From IMG/VR virus record IMGVR_UViG_3300005911_000002, positions 1 to 64,000 of that record: 64,000 nucleotides of DNA; one strand, given 5' to 3'. Position 1 is the first letter of the stretch; each line of letters begins with the position of its first letter. The notes beneath the pieces were generated by a model, which was not told the DNA's origin, did no database searches, and saw only the letters and a program-made list of their open reading frames with translations. Positions 20,905 to 30,727 of this stretch are shown one piece after another. Position numbers and translations under genes: made by a program. This DNA comes from a virus.

Positions 20905-22023
20905 TTACCTACGATCCGTAAGTGCACCATATCCAGAAGAAGCGGCCATTATCCCGCCGAATGTTCCGGGTGCGTAACTAGCTACGTCGGTTATTTTGTT
21001 CGTAATCGCCTGGGTACCGAGATTTTTTTTGGCAGTTGTGAATTTAGATCCTAGCGCTTCGTTTTTTGATATCTGGGAGTCTATTCGGGACTCATTAGCT
21101 TTTAGCGCATCGGTATATACGCCTCTATTAAGTGTCAGATTCTCAGGATCCAATTTTTTAGTTATGCTAGCTCTTGTTTTTGAGAAACCATCCAATTTTC
21201 CTGTACCTTTCCTAAAGTTTCTATCAGCGGTACCCACATCTTCAGCAAGACCCATTAACTTCTGAAGCCTAGCAGGTTCTTGCTTAGCATACCACTTTCT
21301 AAACGCAACTCCACCCACAAGAGCACCTATTGGGATAATCATAGAAAGAGCTCTATCAGTGAATGTTCTATCATCACGATATCTATCGTTATCTCCCTGA
21401 GATCTTTCAGCTGTTTTCTTTTCATCGGAACTGCCGAACAGAATATTAGTAAGTGCAGCTGCACCTGTAAGTCCTCCGGTTGTTTTAATCAGGTCCATCT
21501 CTAACGAAGCATCTGAATCATCAAGTCGCTTAGTAGACTTACCTATTAAACTCGTGGCGTCGTCCTGCCTTATTTGATTAACGTCTAGACGTCCCTGGAG
21601 ATAATTTCCAACCTCGCCAGCGTTCCGACTTTCTGGATTGTTATCCAAGATACCTTTGGTTTTATCATACAGCTTTCGCTCTCTTTCACGTCCCAACCCG
21701 TGGTGTACAAGCCTGCTATTCGGATCGATTATAGTCTTTGTGGTTGGGCTCAAACCCATACTTTTCATAGCTGCGCCTTCCGCCGCTGTGTGCATAGTTG
21801 CTCGTCGATTCTCTACGCCACTTATCATTTTCTTAAGACTGTTGCCCTCATCTCCTAACCCGCTTAAATTATGAGACGTCATTCGGATGGTTTTCTTTAA
21901 ATACTTCTGCAATGCGCTGTACCTGCCAGCAACCAATAGCGGTGATGCCATAGCCGCTACGCCAAGTCCCGCTGCTGCATAATCCCCAACAACCCATTCT
22001 GCCTTCTTAATCTTACTAGTCAT
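20905..22023 (-). CDS. membrane/coiled-coil protein with two TM-hairpin modules
   Basis: Four Gly/Ala-rich hydrophobic helices; KKTAE between the halves. Confidence 0.6.
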   Translation of the reverse strand: MTSKIKKAEWVVGDYAAAGLGVAAMASPLLVAGRYSALQKYLKKTIRMTSHNLSGLGDEGNSLKKMISGVENRRATMHTAAEGAAMKSMGLSPTTKTIIDPNSRLVHHGLGRERERKLYDKTKGILDNNPESRNAGEVGNYLQGRLDVNQIRQDDATSLIGKSTKRLDDSDASLEMDLIKTTGGLTGAAALTNILFGSSDEKKTAERSQGDNDRYRDDRTFTDRALSMIIPIGALVGGVAFRKWYAKQEPARLQKLMGLAEDVGTADRNFRKGTGKLDGFSKTRASITKKLDPENLTLNRGVYTDALKANESRIDSQISKNEALGSKFTTAKKNLGTQAITNKITDVASYAPGTFGGIMAASSGYGALTDRR

Positions 22024-22044
22024 AATACATACCTTCCTTTTTTT

Positions 22045-23481
22045 TTAAAATCTAACTCGGCGCCGGACCATCGGTCTTACGCTAGCGTTAGTTAAGTTTA
22101 ATGGTTGTGAGAATAGCTGATCTACTCTCATTTTGTTTTTCTTCTTTTCTATCTCTTCGTAAGTATCCGGGAAGAAACCTCCCGAGCCAGCTATCCCCGC
22201 ACCGCCTACTATTGCAGCGGCTGGGTACCCCATGCCACCCCGAGCTTTCTCCAGCAACTCCTCAGTGCGGTCACGGTCAGTAAATGCCGGCAAGTGTTCG
22301 TCGGTTGCGTCGATATAGTTCTTCCGGGAACTCGAAAGATCACCGTCAGCGTGGCTTTTAATCGCCTTTCGCGCGGCAACTGCATTATCACTGGCAGTCC
22401 CAAGGTTCTTGTGGGCAACACCTTGTTCCATCGAAGGTGTTGTGTCGGAAAGGTTGCGCATGGTATTTTTAGCACTATCAAAAGCGTCGTTGGCCTTAAC
22501 CCTACTATTATTAAGCTTTTCCGCCTTCCATTGTTCTGATTTCCACATATTCCTAGTTTTAACTACCTGGTCATCGAGGCCTTTGTACCTAGCAGCGCCA
22601 TCCTTAAGAACTTTCTCTAACCCCTTGATCTTCCTACCTTTTAAATAAGCATAGATAGCCCCCCCAGCAGCAATGGTTGTCCCTACTCCTGCAAGTATAA
22701 TCCTCATGGCTTGGTTGATTGTTGTGTCCTCAGCTAATTTGTAGTTCTTGTTATTCTGCTCTTCTGAGTACATTCTAGACCCAAGAATAGTCCCAGAGGC
22801 CAGCATACCGCCCCCAACTAATCCGCTAAATCTTGCTCTATCGTATGTGTATTCTCCGACGTCACTTAGCTCCTGTAGCTCGGAACCCTTACGTTTAAAT
22901 TCATTCAGTGTATTGATCATATCTGTTTTAGTTTTATTAACATGCCCCATATAATCGGGCTTTCTGGCCATCGTGCCCTGTAAATCGTCGAGGTGTCCCC
23001 TAGCTGCTTTCAGGTTTATGGCCGAATCTGCCATATCATTCTGTTTAGCATGAACTTGGTCAGAAAGATCTTTTATCATACTCCGTGCTCGTGAATAGGA
23101 CTCTGTTGGAAGGCGCTCGGCGTCCTGCTTAAGTGCCATTATTTTACTTTTCAGATCCTCTATGTCAGCCACATTCTGCTTAAATATACCCTCCGCTCTG
23201 AGTGCCTTATCTGTCCTGCTAGCAAGATCGGCCATAACCTCAGGACCATTTTGAAATATCTTCTGAGCATCTGCATTACGTGATGTTGCCTCAAGGAACT
23301 CAGCCCCTATGTCTGCAAGGTCTTCTCTTCGTTTCTTAAGCTCTGGCATAAGTTTTTTTAACTTGTGCCTTGCGCCTGCACCCATCAAAGCTATAGCAGA
23401 ACCTACAGCAATAAGTACCGCCGGTACCTTATAGTTCATAGCTGGTGCTGGCTTTCTATCTTCTGAATAATATAGTCCCAT
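22045..23481 (-). CDS. membrane/coiled-coil protein with two TM-hairpin modules
   Basis: GGAGG RBS; TM-coiled coil-TM twice, separated by YKLAE. Confidence 0.6.
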   Translation of the reverse strand: MGLYYSEDRKPAPAMNYKVPAVLIAVGSAIALMGAGARHKLKKLMPELKKRREDLADIGAEFLEATSRNADAQKIFQNGPEVMADLASRTDKALRAEGIFKQNVADIEDLKSKIMALKQDAERLPTESYSRARSMIKDLSDQVHAKQNDMADSAINLKAARGHLDDLQGTMARKPDYMGHVNKTKTDMINTLNEFKRKGSELQELSDVGEYTYDRARFSGLVGGGMLASGTILGSRMYSEEQNNKNYKLAEDTTINQAMRIILAGVGTTIAAGGAIYAYLKGRKIKGLEKVLKDGAARYKGLDDQVVKTRNMWKSEQWKAEKLNNSRVKANDAFDSAKNTMRNLSDTTPSMEQGVAHKNLGTASDNAVAARKAIKSHADGDLSSSRKNYIDATDEHLPAFTDRDRTEELLEKARGGMGYPAAAIVGGAGIAGSGGFFPDTYEEIEKKKNKMRVDQLFSQPLNLTNASVRPMVRRRVRF

Positions 23482-23494
23482 GATTCCTCCAAAT

Positions 23495-26400
23495 TTATTC
23501 TATAACGGACGGGCCGTAAACATATCTAGTAAACATAGATGATTCTGGTCCAGCTATGTGAGTACTATCTCCAAACGCTACTCCCTTCTGTAACGATCCT
23601 TTGAGCTCTCTGTACCCAAGACGCTGTAACCAGTCCTGGTTCATAAGTGGAGACCTGTTAGTTCCAATTATAACCTTGTCGGCCTTTATCGGAGTTGTAA
23701 ACACTCTAACTGTTTCCACACCCTCGTTTAGAAGAGCTTCCATCATCTTATCATCTATCATTGACCTGATAGGAAATCCTGACACACTTTCAGCCAGACG
23801 TTTCCCAACAGAAAATTCTACATCCATTTCTTTAACTGAGTTCTCATTATAATGGTTTACAAACGATGTGTCAACTATGTCTCCAGGAACTACTGATGAT
23901 GATGTTCCTGCATCTGTCACCCTGGAAAATTTACCCATTGACCTCGTAACTACTTCTGCAGTAGATCTCTTAATCCCAACTCCTGCAGATTGGTACAGAC
24001 TTGTTAACTCATCAGCTATAAAATCTAGCGCCGCGTCTGCACCTTTAATGTCCTTAATATCCATTGGATGTATATTTCCATAGCTAACAGAATCCCCAGC
24101 ATGTATCATGTCCCCCTTTTTTACTTTAAGACCTACGGCCGCTGGCACATATAATTTTTTAGTTCCTATATTGACGTCCCAGCCGCCTATAGATGATTCA
24201 TTAATATCCGTAACAAACCCATCCTTAGGGGCTAGGATAGCTCTATCTTTAATCTTCTTAGGTAGTTGGGTTATCTGCCTTATTCTGTCTAAAGACCCGA
24301 TAGCCCCAACACTTGATCCTACTGTAGAACCAGTATGGAACACCCTCATAGCCATTTGAACAAGAGGCTCTCCTAATGTCTGGGCTGCCAACGTTCCTAC
24401 GTTATCACCTTTTCCAGGAAGAATCCCGTTTGCCAGATAGCCATGGCATCTTCTGCAGATACCCTTTATAGCTTTGCACTTAAGAGGAGATCGTGCGTAT
24501 ACTTCCCTAATACCATGATTCTTTAAGTTTTTAATTGCGTTAGCGTCAAGGTGCTGATCTTTTGGGTGAATAACCTTACCACCCACCCGGATGTTACGTA
24601 CTGCAAATCTATTAAGCACCTCTGGTGATGATACAGGGAACATTTTACCTTCTGATGTTTTACAGTCCTCGGTTGTAATAGTTATTCCAGACGAAGCAGC
24701 GAGTATCTCTTTACTGAATGCACCCGGCTCTACAACCGACTTAGCTTTGGACACACCACCCATCCTGGCAGCATAACCCATACCCCAAAAGGCAGATGGG
24801 CTGAGTCCCGATGCGTATGAATCCTTTGATATTATCGGAGGAACGGATCCACCAGGACCCTGGAACATAATAGGTGAACCGATTATCTGTGTAACCGGTG
24901 CCCACTGTCCTTTTGCCCCCGACGCGTCTACATAGTCGTAATATGTGTCTTTCATTCTATCTTTGATAACGTCTTGTATCTTACCTTGGATCTCAGCAGC
25001 GTTCTCTACGCCAGTAACCGTCTTTATAAGGTCGTCGACTTCTTTTATTGGTGCTAAATCATCGTAATTCAAAGACATGCCACGTCTTGTTGCATACGTA
25101 TCTCCAATTAGTTTGACGTCTTTTAGAACCTTCCCTATTTGGTCGGGAGTATTCTTCACCACGCTCTTTACAGCAGCGGACAATGATCCGTCAGTAACTG
25201 CTTCGTTAATATCAACACCATCTGGGAGCGCGTTATTCACCATGATACGTCCTATATTAGTCATTTTGCGTTTAACTTTTATCATATCATTTTCGGAAAT
25301 ATCGCCGGCAAGGTATGCTTCGAGAGCATCCGTAGTCGTTTTATATTTCTTGTCAGTACTCTTACCATCCTTAGTCATAGCATACAGCCCTGTTAGGTCG
25401 TCCCAGCTAGGCATGTTCATAACCTCCCCCTTAGTTGGGTGAATTACGTTATTACTTGGAAGCATGAGGTGCGCCTCGGCCTCAGCCTTAGCAGTTACGG
25501 GAGTATGTACCAGTACCTTGTCACCGTCGAAGTCCATGTTAAACCCTTTAACAACCATCAAAGGTACACGTATAGATTTTCCCTGTACCAGCTTAGGCTT
25601 AAATGCCATAACCCCATACTTGTGTAACGTCGGGGCTCTATTAACTATAACATGTTTTTCGTCCATAACCTTTCCCAGAATCCTGGCTGCTACCGGGGTC
25701 TTGTTATCCACTTCAGCCATAGCCTCGAACGGAGTCATACCTGCAGATAGCATCTTTCTTTTGATCATTGGTTCGAACATCTTATATGCCATCTCTTCCG
25801 GAATACCTATCTCATCTATATCCATCTTAGTGTCAATCGATACCACGCCAGCACCAGTTAGGTTCTGTCTTTTCTTGACCATCTTCTTTTGGAAGTATCC
25901 CTCTTTTGGGCTGTCCCCTGCGATTAGTTCTACAAGTCCTTTCTGGTTAGCTTTCTTTGGGTTGAGTCTAGCTTTATCTGAGGCAGTCGCGTATCCCATA
26001 AGCCTCTTAGTTTGATCGTAGATATCCTTAGCTATATTTTCCTGCTCACGCTGAGGAACAAACTTACTTTTCGATGCATTATTTAATAGTATTAAATCTT
26101 TATATAGATCATTTAAAGGTGAGTTAATTAAATTCCCAGTATCATCTGGATACACGGGCCTAATCTTAGGTGGTACAACCGGCACATTGTGTAAAAAGAA
26201 TGATCTAGCTGTGAGTTTCCCGTCTATCATGTTCTTGAGAAACCTCATCTTCTTGTTCAATTTATTCAGCGCACTACCTTCTGCAGTAGCCGCTTCTTTT
26301 TTTAGGTTAGCAAGCTCCTCCTCCGGAGATATTTTGGATAGCATGGCCTGCATAGCGTCCCCAAATTTTTTACCATCAACCTCAGTTCTGCCCGCTACTA

Positions 26401-29400
26401 AGTCGTCGTACTGCGTTTGGGTTATATCCAATATATTCTTAATAGCTGGCTCAAATACTGGGTTAGGTATCTTACGTGTAAGTGCTATGTGTGACCAATT
26501 CTCTCCGTCGGTGCCGCCAGTTATCTTAATATCAAATAACCCGTTTTTTTCCGGTAGCAATGTTTTTGCAATTACCACTTTTGCCTCAGTAACCTCTCCC
26601 TTAGACTGCCCTAAAATATCCCTGTCGGTAAGTGGTACAAGTTTTATCTGATCGCCACTCTTCTTAGGCTTTATCCCGGCGCCCTTTAAATAGTCCATAA
26701 ACATATGGTATGAAAAAGTTGGGCTCGGTGTAGGTAGTTGTGATCCTGTGATATACGATCTCCAAAATTCAGGGTTGTCCTGTGATTTATATATGGCTAT
26801 GTCTCGGAGGTTGGCCTTAGCACCGTGTGCCATTAGAGAATACATCGGCAACATCCCTACGGTCTTCCCCCCAGACTTACCACCAGCAGTAGGAGTCTTA
26901 TCGAATCCTGTCGGCCCATAATAACTTCTAGCAGAGAACCCCTTATCCTCTTTGTATTTTAGTTTATAAATATATTGCTTTCCCCAAAGAACCTTGTCGG
27001 TAGTCTCTTCCCCCTCTACCATGAGTTTCTCATTGGGCTTTATTCCTAGTTCATCAGCTTTTTTTTTAACCGAAGTATAATAACTTTCATCGCTAAACCC
27101 TGGAACCATTATAGGCGCACCTTGCGCATCCGCAACCCTGCCGAGAACAACTTCGTGCTCCTGTCCAACGTTCAATCTCTTCTGTACTGGTAGAGGTGAC
27201 ATGATCAACCCTATCTTCTCACCATTAGGAGCCGTCGGGGCTTTCTCATCTGGGAATACTGCAGAAATTATACCCTTGTTACCGTATCGTCCGGAAACCT
27301 TATCACCCTTCTTTGCTTGCTCGGATGTTTTTACCTCTATGAAAATAGCCTTACCAGTATCGCGTACTGATATAACTTCACCGGAAGCTCCATGCTCCCA
27401 TCTAACTATCTTTTCCCTGAAAGGACTAGACAATGTAGAATGCACTTTTGCCAAAAGCTTGTCTTCCTCGGACAACGACTTTTCTACAAGGTATGCGGCG
27501 ATCACACTTCCGTCGTGAACCTTCGACCCTTTCTTAACAATACCATCCTGATCCAAGTTACTTGTCTCCAGGGAGGATAACTTACCCATCGCAACGTTCT
27601 TAAAACGTGTGAAATCGAAGTGAGCTCCCTTTTTTGAAATCTCCATCTTGTACATATGCTCTGACGTCATCTTCTTGGCACCAGATTCAAACAGCACGAT
27701 AGCATCCTCTGAATTCATAGAATGATACGGCATATAAGCCACATTAAGATTAACGCCAAGAGCCAGTGTATCGTCTTTTTCATAGTTTGACCTCATAAGT
27801 TTATCGCCTTTCTTAACGGTGCTACCTTCTGATACAGATGCTTCTGTAGTAACGTAAGAACTATCCCCTATCTTGTAATTCTGGTAGAAGGGTAGTTTCT
27901 CCGTTTCACCATTCTCATACTCGACGGTCATGCTCTTCTTTCCAACCGAAGTAACCTTCCCAGCTCCTTGTGCGGTAGGGACAGAATCCCGTGCCATAAT
28001 CTTCTCGAAGGAGGTTCCTGTTCTGTCATCAAGTGTCTGTATAAGGGGGGCTTCTGGGTTCTTTAGTAGTAATGTCTGCCCTGCCATCTTGGCGGACATA
28101 TTAACCCTGTTACCCATATTACTGCTTAAAAACGGAGTTAGGTTTGTTGATGGTGAGTATAGCTCAGTAGCATACCTGAATATATAATCCACCTCGCTAG
28201 AAGGAACTTTATCCTCACTCCCCTTACTAACGGCATATACCTCGTCATCACGCCATTGTTTCTTATTGTAGTCATATTGGCCTGCAAATGCGATCGTGTA
28301 CTTGTACATGTCATCATTAGATACACTCTCTTCCTGGCCTGTTTTTGGATTATATAATTTCTTAGAAAACGCATCGCCCTTCTGCATAGTTCCAACAGGA
28401 AGTTTGACAGAAATACCAGCAGCGTCATCCGGTGTATGGAGTGGATCCAGTACCCCTGCAGAAGAGCCGTAAACCATCATGGCTTTTTCGGTTATAGCAT
28501 GGTCTGACTCAATACCACCCTCACCTTTCCTGGTGTAGTGTATATCCTCATCTATAAAATTTAGCGGATTTACAAAATCTATAGGGGCTGCAAGCGACGA
28601 CTGGTTAAATAGCGGTGTTATATTCCCATTAAGGTAGTTAGTTGGGACAATCTCTTTAATAGTTTTACGAGTTCTCATACGAACTTTTAACGCACCCTGG
28701 CTACTCTTGACCTTGCGTGGATTTAGTATATAATCGTCCGATAACATGGCTACCTCATCAACTGCCTTTGCAAAATACGAGTCATCCTTGTTATCCTGTT
28801 TCCCGTTGTCCTTGAAAACCTCGAGTATCCTTGATGACGTAGCTAACAGGGTTTTGGCATCCATCTTTTCGAAGGATGTTCCGAGAGTTTTCTCAGTTGT
28901 TTTTTTGTCGAGGACTGTGTCGTTAAACCTGTCCTCCACAGCTCCCTCGGCGGCGTCTATATCTTTGTATGCTTTGTATGTATAGTTTGTTGCAAAGTTT
29001 AAAAAGTCAGACTCATGCTTGCTACCCCTAGAAGAGTTCGCTTCAAAAAGTTCTGGCCCCCATGCTTCTCGCATATCAGAATCAGGTATATCCAGGTGTG
29101 TAAGTATCGAGTACACCGGATATTTTCTGCCTTTAAGTACAACAGTGAATATCTTCTTTACAGGGTCAAGAGACATTGTTAGGTTGTGTCCTTTTTGGAG
29201 GTTCAACTTGGCCTCGATCTCCCCGTTTTTCTTCACTTCGGTGTATACTCCAGACCGCAGCCTGAGCATTTTGGTTACCTTGAATTCGGTACCACCCACG
29301 ATATATGTGCCAGCAGCTGTTCTAACGGGCATATCCCCAATCTTGACCTTAGCCTTATCAATTAGCTCAGTACCAACCCTAAAGGAAAAGGTTCCGTAAA

Positions 29401-29605
29401 TAGGTACAGTCAGGGACTTATCGCTTTCCAGGAGTTTCCTGAATTTTTCAGGGTTTATTACATCCGCGTTGTTTGTATTAATACTTAGCTTGTCTAGTGA
29501 GAGTGATCTGCTACCGTCCGTTATTGGGAACGCTGCTTCCTTGTATTTCTCAAATACCTCAGCGAGTCTATCGTTAAATTCCTTGGCACTTTTTATATTA
29601 TACAT
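23495..29605 (-). CDS. rpoBC: phage multisubunit-type RNA polymerase, fused beta-beta' single chain
   Basis: beta: GDKVSGRYGNKG, NSEDAIV, GGKSGGKTVG; beta': NRAPTLHK, NMDFDGD, bridge helix, CxxC Zn site, AAQTLGEP..Q.AMRVFHTG trigger loop; no internal stop; start at ATG 29605 (GAAGGGG RBS plus promoter). Confidence 0.95.
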   Translation of the reverse strand: MYNIKSAKEFNDRLAEVFEKYKEAAFPITDGSRSLSLDKLSINTNNADVINPEKFRKLLESDKSLTVPIYGTFSFRVGTELIDKAKVKIGDMPVRTAAGTYIVGGTEFKVTKMLRLRSGVYTEVKKNGEIEAKLNLQKGHNLTMSLDPVKKIFTVVLKGRKYPVYSILTHLDIPDSDMREAWGPELFEANSSRGSKHESDFLNFATNYTYKAYKDIDAAEGAVEDRFNDTVLDKKTTEKTLGTSFEKMDAKTLLATSSRILEVFKDNGKQDNKDDSYFAKAVDEVAMLSDDYILNPRKVKSSQGALKVRMRTRKTIKEIVPTNYLNGNITPLFNQSSLAAPIDFVNPLNFIDEDIHYTRKGEGGIESDHAITEKAMMVYGSSAGVLDPLHTPDDAAGISVKLPVGTMQKGDAFSKKLYNPKTGQEESVSNDDMYKYTIAFAGQYDYNKKQWRDDEVYAVSKGSEDKVPSSEVDYIFRYATELYSPSTNLTPFLSSNMGNRVNMSAKMAGQTLLLKNPEAPLIQTLDDRTGTSFEKIMARDSVPTAQGAGKVTSVGKKSMTVEYENGETEKLPFYQNYKIGDSSYVTTEASVSEGSTVKKGDKLMRSNYEKDDTLALGVNLNVAYMPYHSMNSEDAIVLFESGAKKMTSEHMYKMEISKKGAHFDFTRFKNVAMGKLSSLETSNLDQDGIVKKGSKVHDGSVIAAYLVEKSLSEEDKLLAKVHSTLSSPFREKIVRWEHGASGEVISVRDTGKAIFIEVKTSEQAKKGDKVSGRYGNKGIISAVFPDEKAPTAPNGEKIGLIMSPLPVQKRLNVGQEHEVVLGRVADAQGAPIMVPGFSDESYYTSVKKKADELGIKPNEKLMVEGEETTDKVLWGKQYIYKLKYKEDKGFSARSYYGPTGFDKTPTAGGKSGGKTVGMLPMYSLMAHGAKANLRDIAIYKSQDNPEFWRSYITGSQLPTPSPTFSYHMFMDYLKGAGIKPKKSGDQIKLVPLTDRDILGQSKGEVTEAKVVIAKTLLPEKNGLFDIKITGGTDGENWSHIALTRKIPNPVFEPAIKNILDITQTQYDDLVAGRTEVDGKKFGDAMQAMLSKISPEEELANLKKEAATAEGSALNKLNKKMRFLKNMIDGKLTARSFFLHNVPVVPPKIRPVYPDDTGNLINSPLNDLYKDLILLNNASKSKFVPQREQENIAKDIYDQTKRLMGYATASDKARLNPKKANQKGLVELIAGDSPKEGYFQKKMVKKRQNLTGAGVVSIDTKMDIDEIGIPEEMAYKMFEPMIKRKMLSAGMTPFEAMAEVDNKTPVAARILGKVMDEKHVIVNRAPTLHKYGVMAFKPKLVQGKSIRVPLMVVKGFNMDFDGDKVLVHTPVTAKAEAEAHLMLPSNNVIHPTKGEVMNMPSWDDLTGLYAMTKDGKSTDKKYKTTTDALEAYLAGDISENDMIKVKRKMTNIGRIMVNNALPDGVDINEAVTDGSLSAAVKSVVKNTPDQIGKVLKDVKLIGDTYATRRGMSLNYDDLAPIKEVDDLIKTVTGVENAAEIQGKIQDVIKDRMKDTYYDYVDASGAKGQWAPVTQIIGSPIMFQGPGGSVPPIISKDSYASGLSPSAFWGMGYAARMGGVSKAKSVVEPGAFSKEILAASSGITITTEDCKTSEGKMFPVSSPEVLNRFAVRNIRVGGKVIHPKDQHLDANAIKNLKNHGIREVYARSPLKCKAIKGICRRCHGYLANGILPGKGDNVGTLAAQTLGEPLVQMAMRVFHTGSTVGSSVGAIGSLDRIRQITQLPKKIKDRAILAPKDGFVTDINESSIGGWDVNIGTKKLYVPAAVGLKVKKGDMIHAGDSVSYGNIHPMDIKDIKGADAALDFIADELTSLYQSAGVGIKRSTAEVVTRSMGKFSRVTDAGTSSSVVPGDIVDTSFVNHYNENSVKEMDVEFSVGKRLAESVSGFPIRSMIDDKMMEALLNEGVETVRVFTTPIKADKVIIGTNRSPLMNQDWLQRLGYRELKGSLQKGVAFGDSTHIAGPESSMFTRYVYGPSVIE

Positions 29606-29639
29606 GAACGTTGTGTCCCCTTCATAACCGATTTCTCTA

Positions 29640-29668
29640 ATTCTATCACGTTCAAGATTTGTTGTCAA
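29640..29668 (-). promoter_or_regulatory. sigma70/sigmaA-type promoter of the RNAP gene
   Basis: TTGACA-17-TAGAAT with extended TG on the minus strand. Confidence 0.7.
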
Positions 29669-29727
29669 TTTGCATAATATATTATATATTAACCCAGTAA
29701 TAGGAAGGTGACTAGGAAATATCATTC

Positions 29728-30178
29728 TGTCATGTTTTGACCCATAAATGTCATGTTTCGGGTCAAAAATGTCATGTTTCGGGTCAAAAATGTCATGTCT
29801 AAAAATCAGTGCTCACCTACTACTATACTATACTATAACTATTATATTTATATATATATAATAATAGAATACATGACAAAATACCAGAATTATTAATGGT
29901 AACTACTCATGTACGGATTGAAAAAAATTATTAATTAGTGTTTCATTTTTTTTTATGGTTTCCCTAAGGGGGTACATTTTTTTTTCTACATTTTTGTCAT
30001 GTCTGAGAGTAAATGCCTTGGTACGACTGGTCGGAAGCGCGAGACATTTTGTTTTCAAAATGTCATGTCTAGTTTTGATAGAAGTCTGATATCCCCGTCT
30101 ATGACTAGTCTAGACCCCTGTCAAAAACGTCATATTTTTGTCATGTCATTTTGTCCTGTTTGGGTATTTTTGTCCTGT
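29728..30178. repeat. iteron array plus AT-rich tract; candidate replication origin
   Basis: TGTCATGT at 29728, 29749, 29770, 29791 (21-bp period), inverted at 29871, again at 29995, 30061, 30139; TGTCCTGT at 30152, 30171; AT tract 29820-29870. Confidence 0.75.
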
Positions 30179-30248
30179 TTTGTTTATGATCGCACATAGT
30201 TTTGTAACAATTGTTACAATTTTGGTATAAATGACCAAGGAGGGATTT

Positions 30249-30635
30249 ATGAACCGAGAAAAAAATTGGGAGAATCCGGCTGTGGGATATTTGTATGCTA
30301 GCGGACGGATACATGATTCAAGTCTTGTTTGTAGTGGTATTCCGTGTGGGAGAAAAAACCAGAGTGCGGTAGTAAGCCTGGACTATCTTGGCTGCATAAT
30401 GCGTAAGCACCACCCCGATGGAATACAAAACATACTAAACCTGCTTTCTGATAGTGGGACGGGTTATGTAGTAGTTTCGTCGGCTAACTATCTTAAGAAG
30501 CTATCTACTAGTGCCAGACTTCTGAGTCAGTGCCATGGGTACTTTGTTCTAACCAAACTAGAGTACCCTGTACTACGGAGAGCTAGGATGTATAATATAT
30601 ACATTCTAAAAAAGAGGTGGGGCGTTATAATATAG
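30249..30635 (+). CDS. hypothetical protein
   Basis: ATG after AGGAGGG RBS; GGTATAAA upstream; hairpin and T-run downstream. Confidence 0.55.
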   Translation: MNREKNWENPAVGYLYASGRIHDSSLVCSGIPCGRKNQSAVVSLDYLGCIMRKHHPDGIQNILNLLSDSGTGYVVVSSANYLKKLSTSARLLSQCHGYFVLTKLEYPVLRRARMYNIYILKKRWGVII

Positions 30636-30671
30636 AGAGAGGGGCCCACCCCTTTCTTTTACCTGATAGAA

Positions 30672-30700
30672 TTGACAACAGAATTGTAATATGTTATGAT
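30672..30700 (+). promoter_or_regulatory. sigmaA-type promoter of the head operon
   Basis: TTGACA-17-TATGAT with extended TG. Confidence 0.75.
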
Positions 30701-30727
30701 ATGAAAAAGTAGTCCAGGAGTAAAAAT

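Noticed and set aside
23601-29399. Many antisense ORFs opposite large genes (also elsewhere in the window)
   Set aside because: They are shadows of the coding strand's codon bias: Ser/Leu-rich, without RBS or motifs.
23495-29605. Bacterial chromosomal rpoBC (host DNA or chimera)
   Set aside because: No rplL/rpsL context, strongly divergent motifs, and phage genes on both sides with similar composition.
29606-29725. RNAP start at 29725 as given in the ORF track
   Set aside because: A consensus promoter (29640-29668) and an RBS lie inside this extension, which points to ATG 29605.
29728-29800. CRISPR or coding repeat
   Set aside because: 21-bp tandem units without unique spacers, in non-coding DNA; they fit iterons better.
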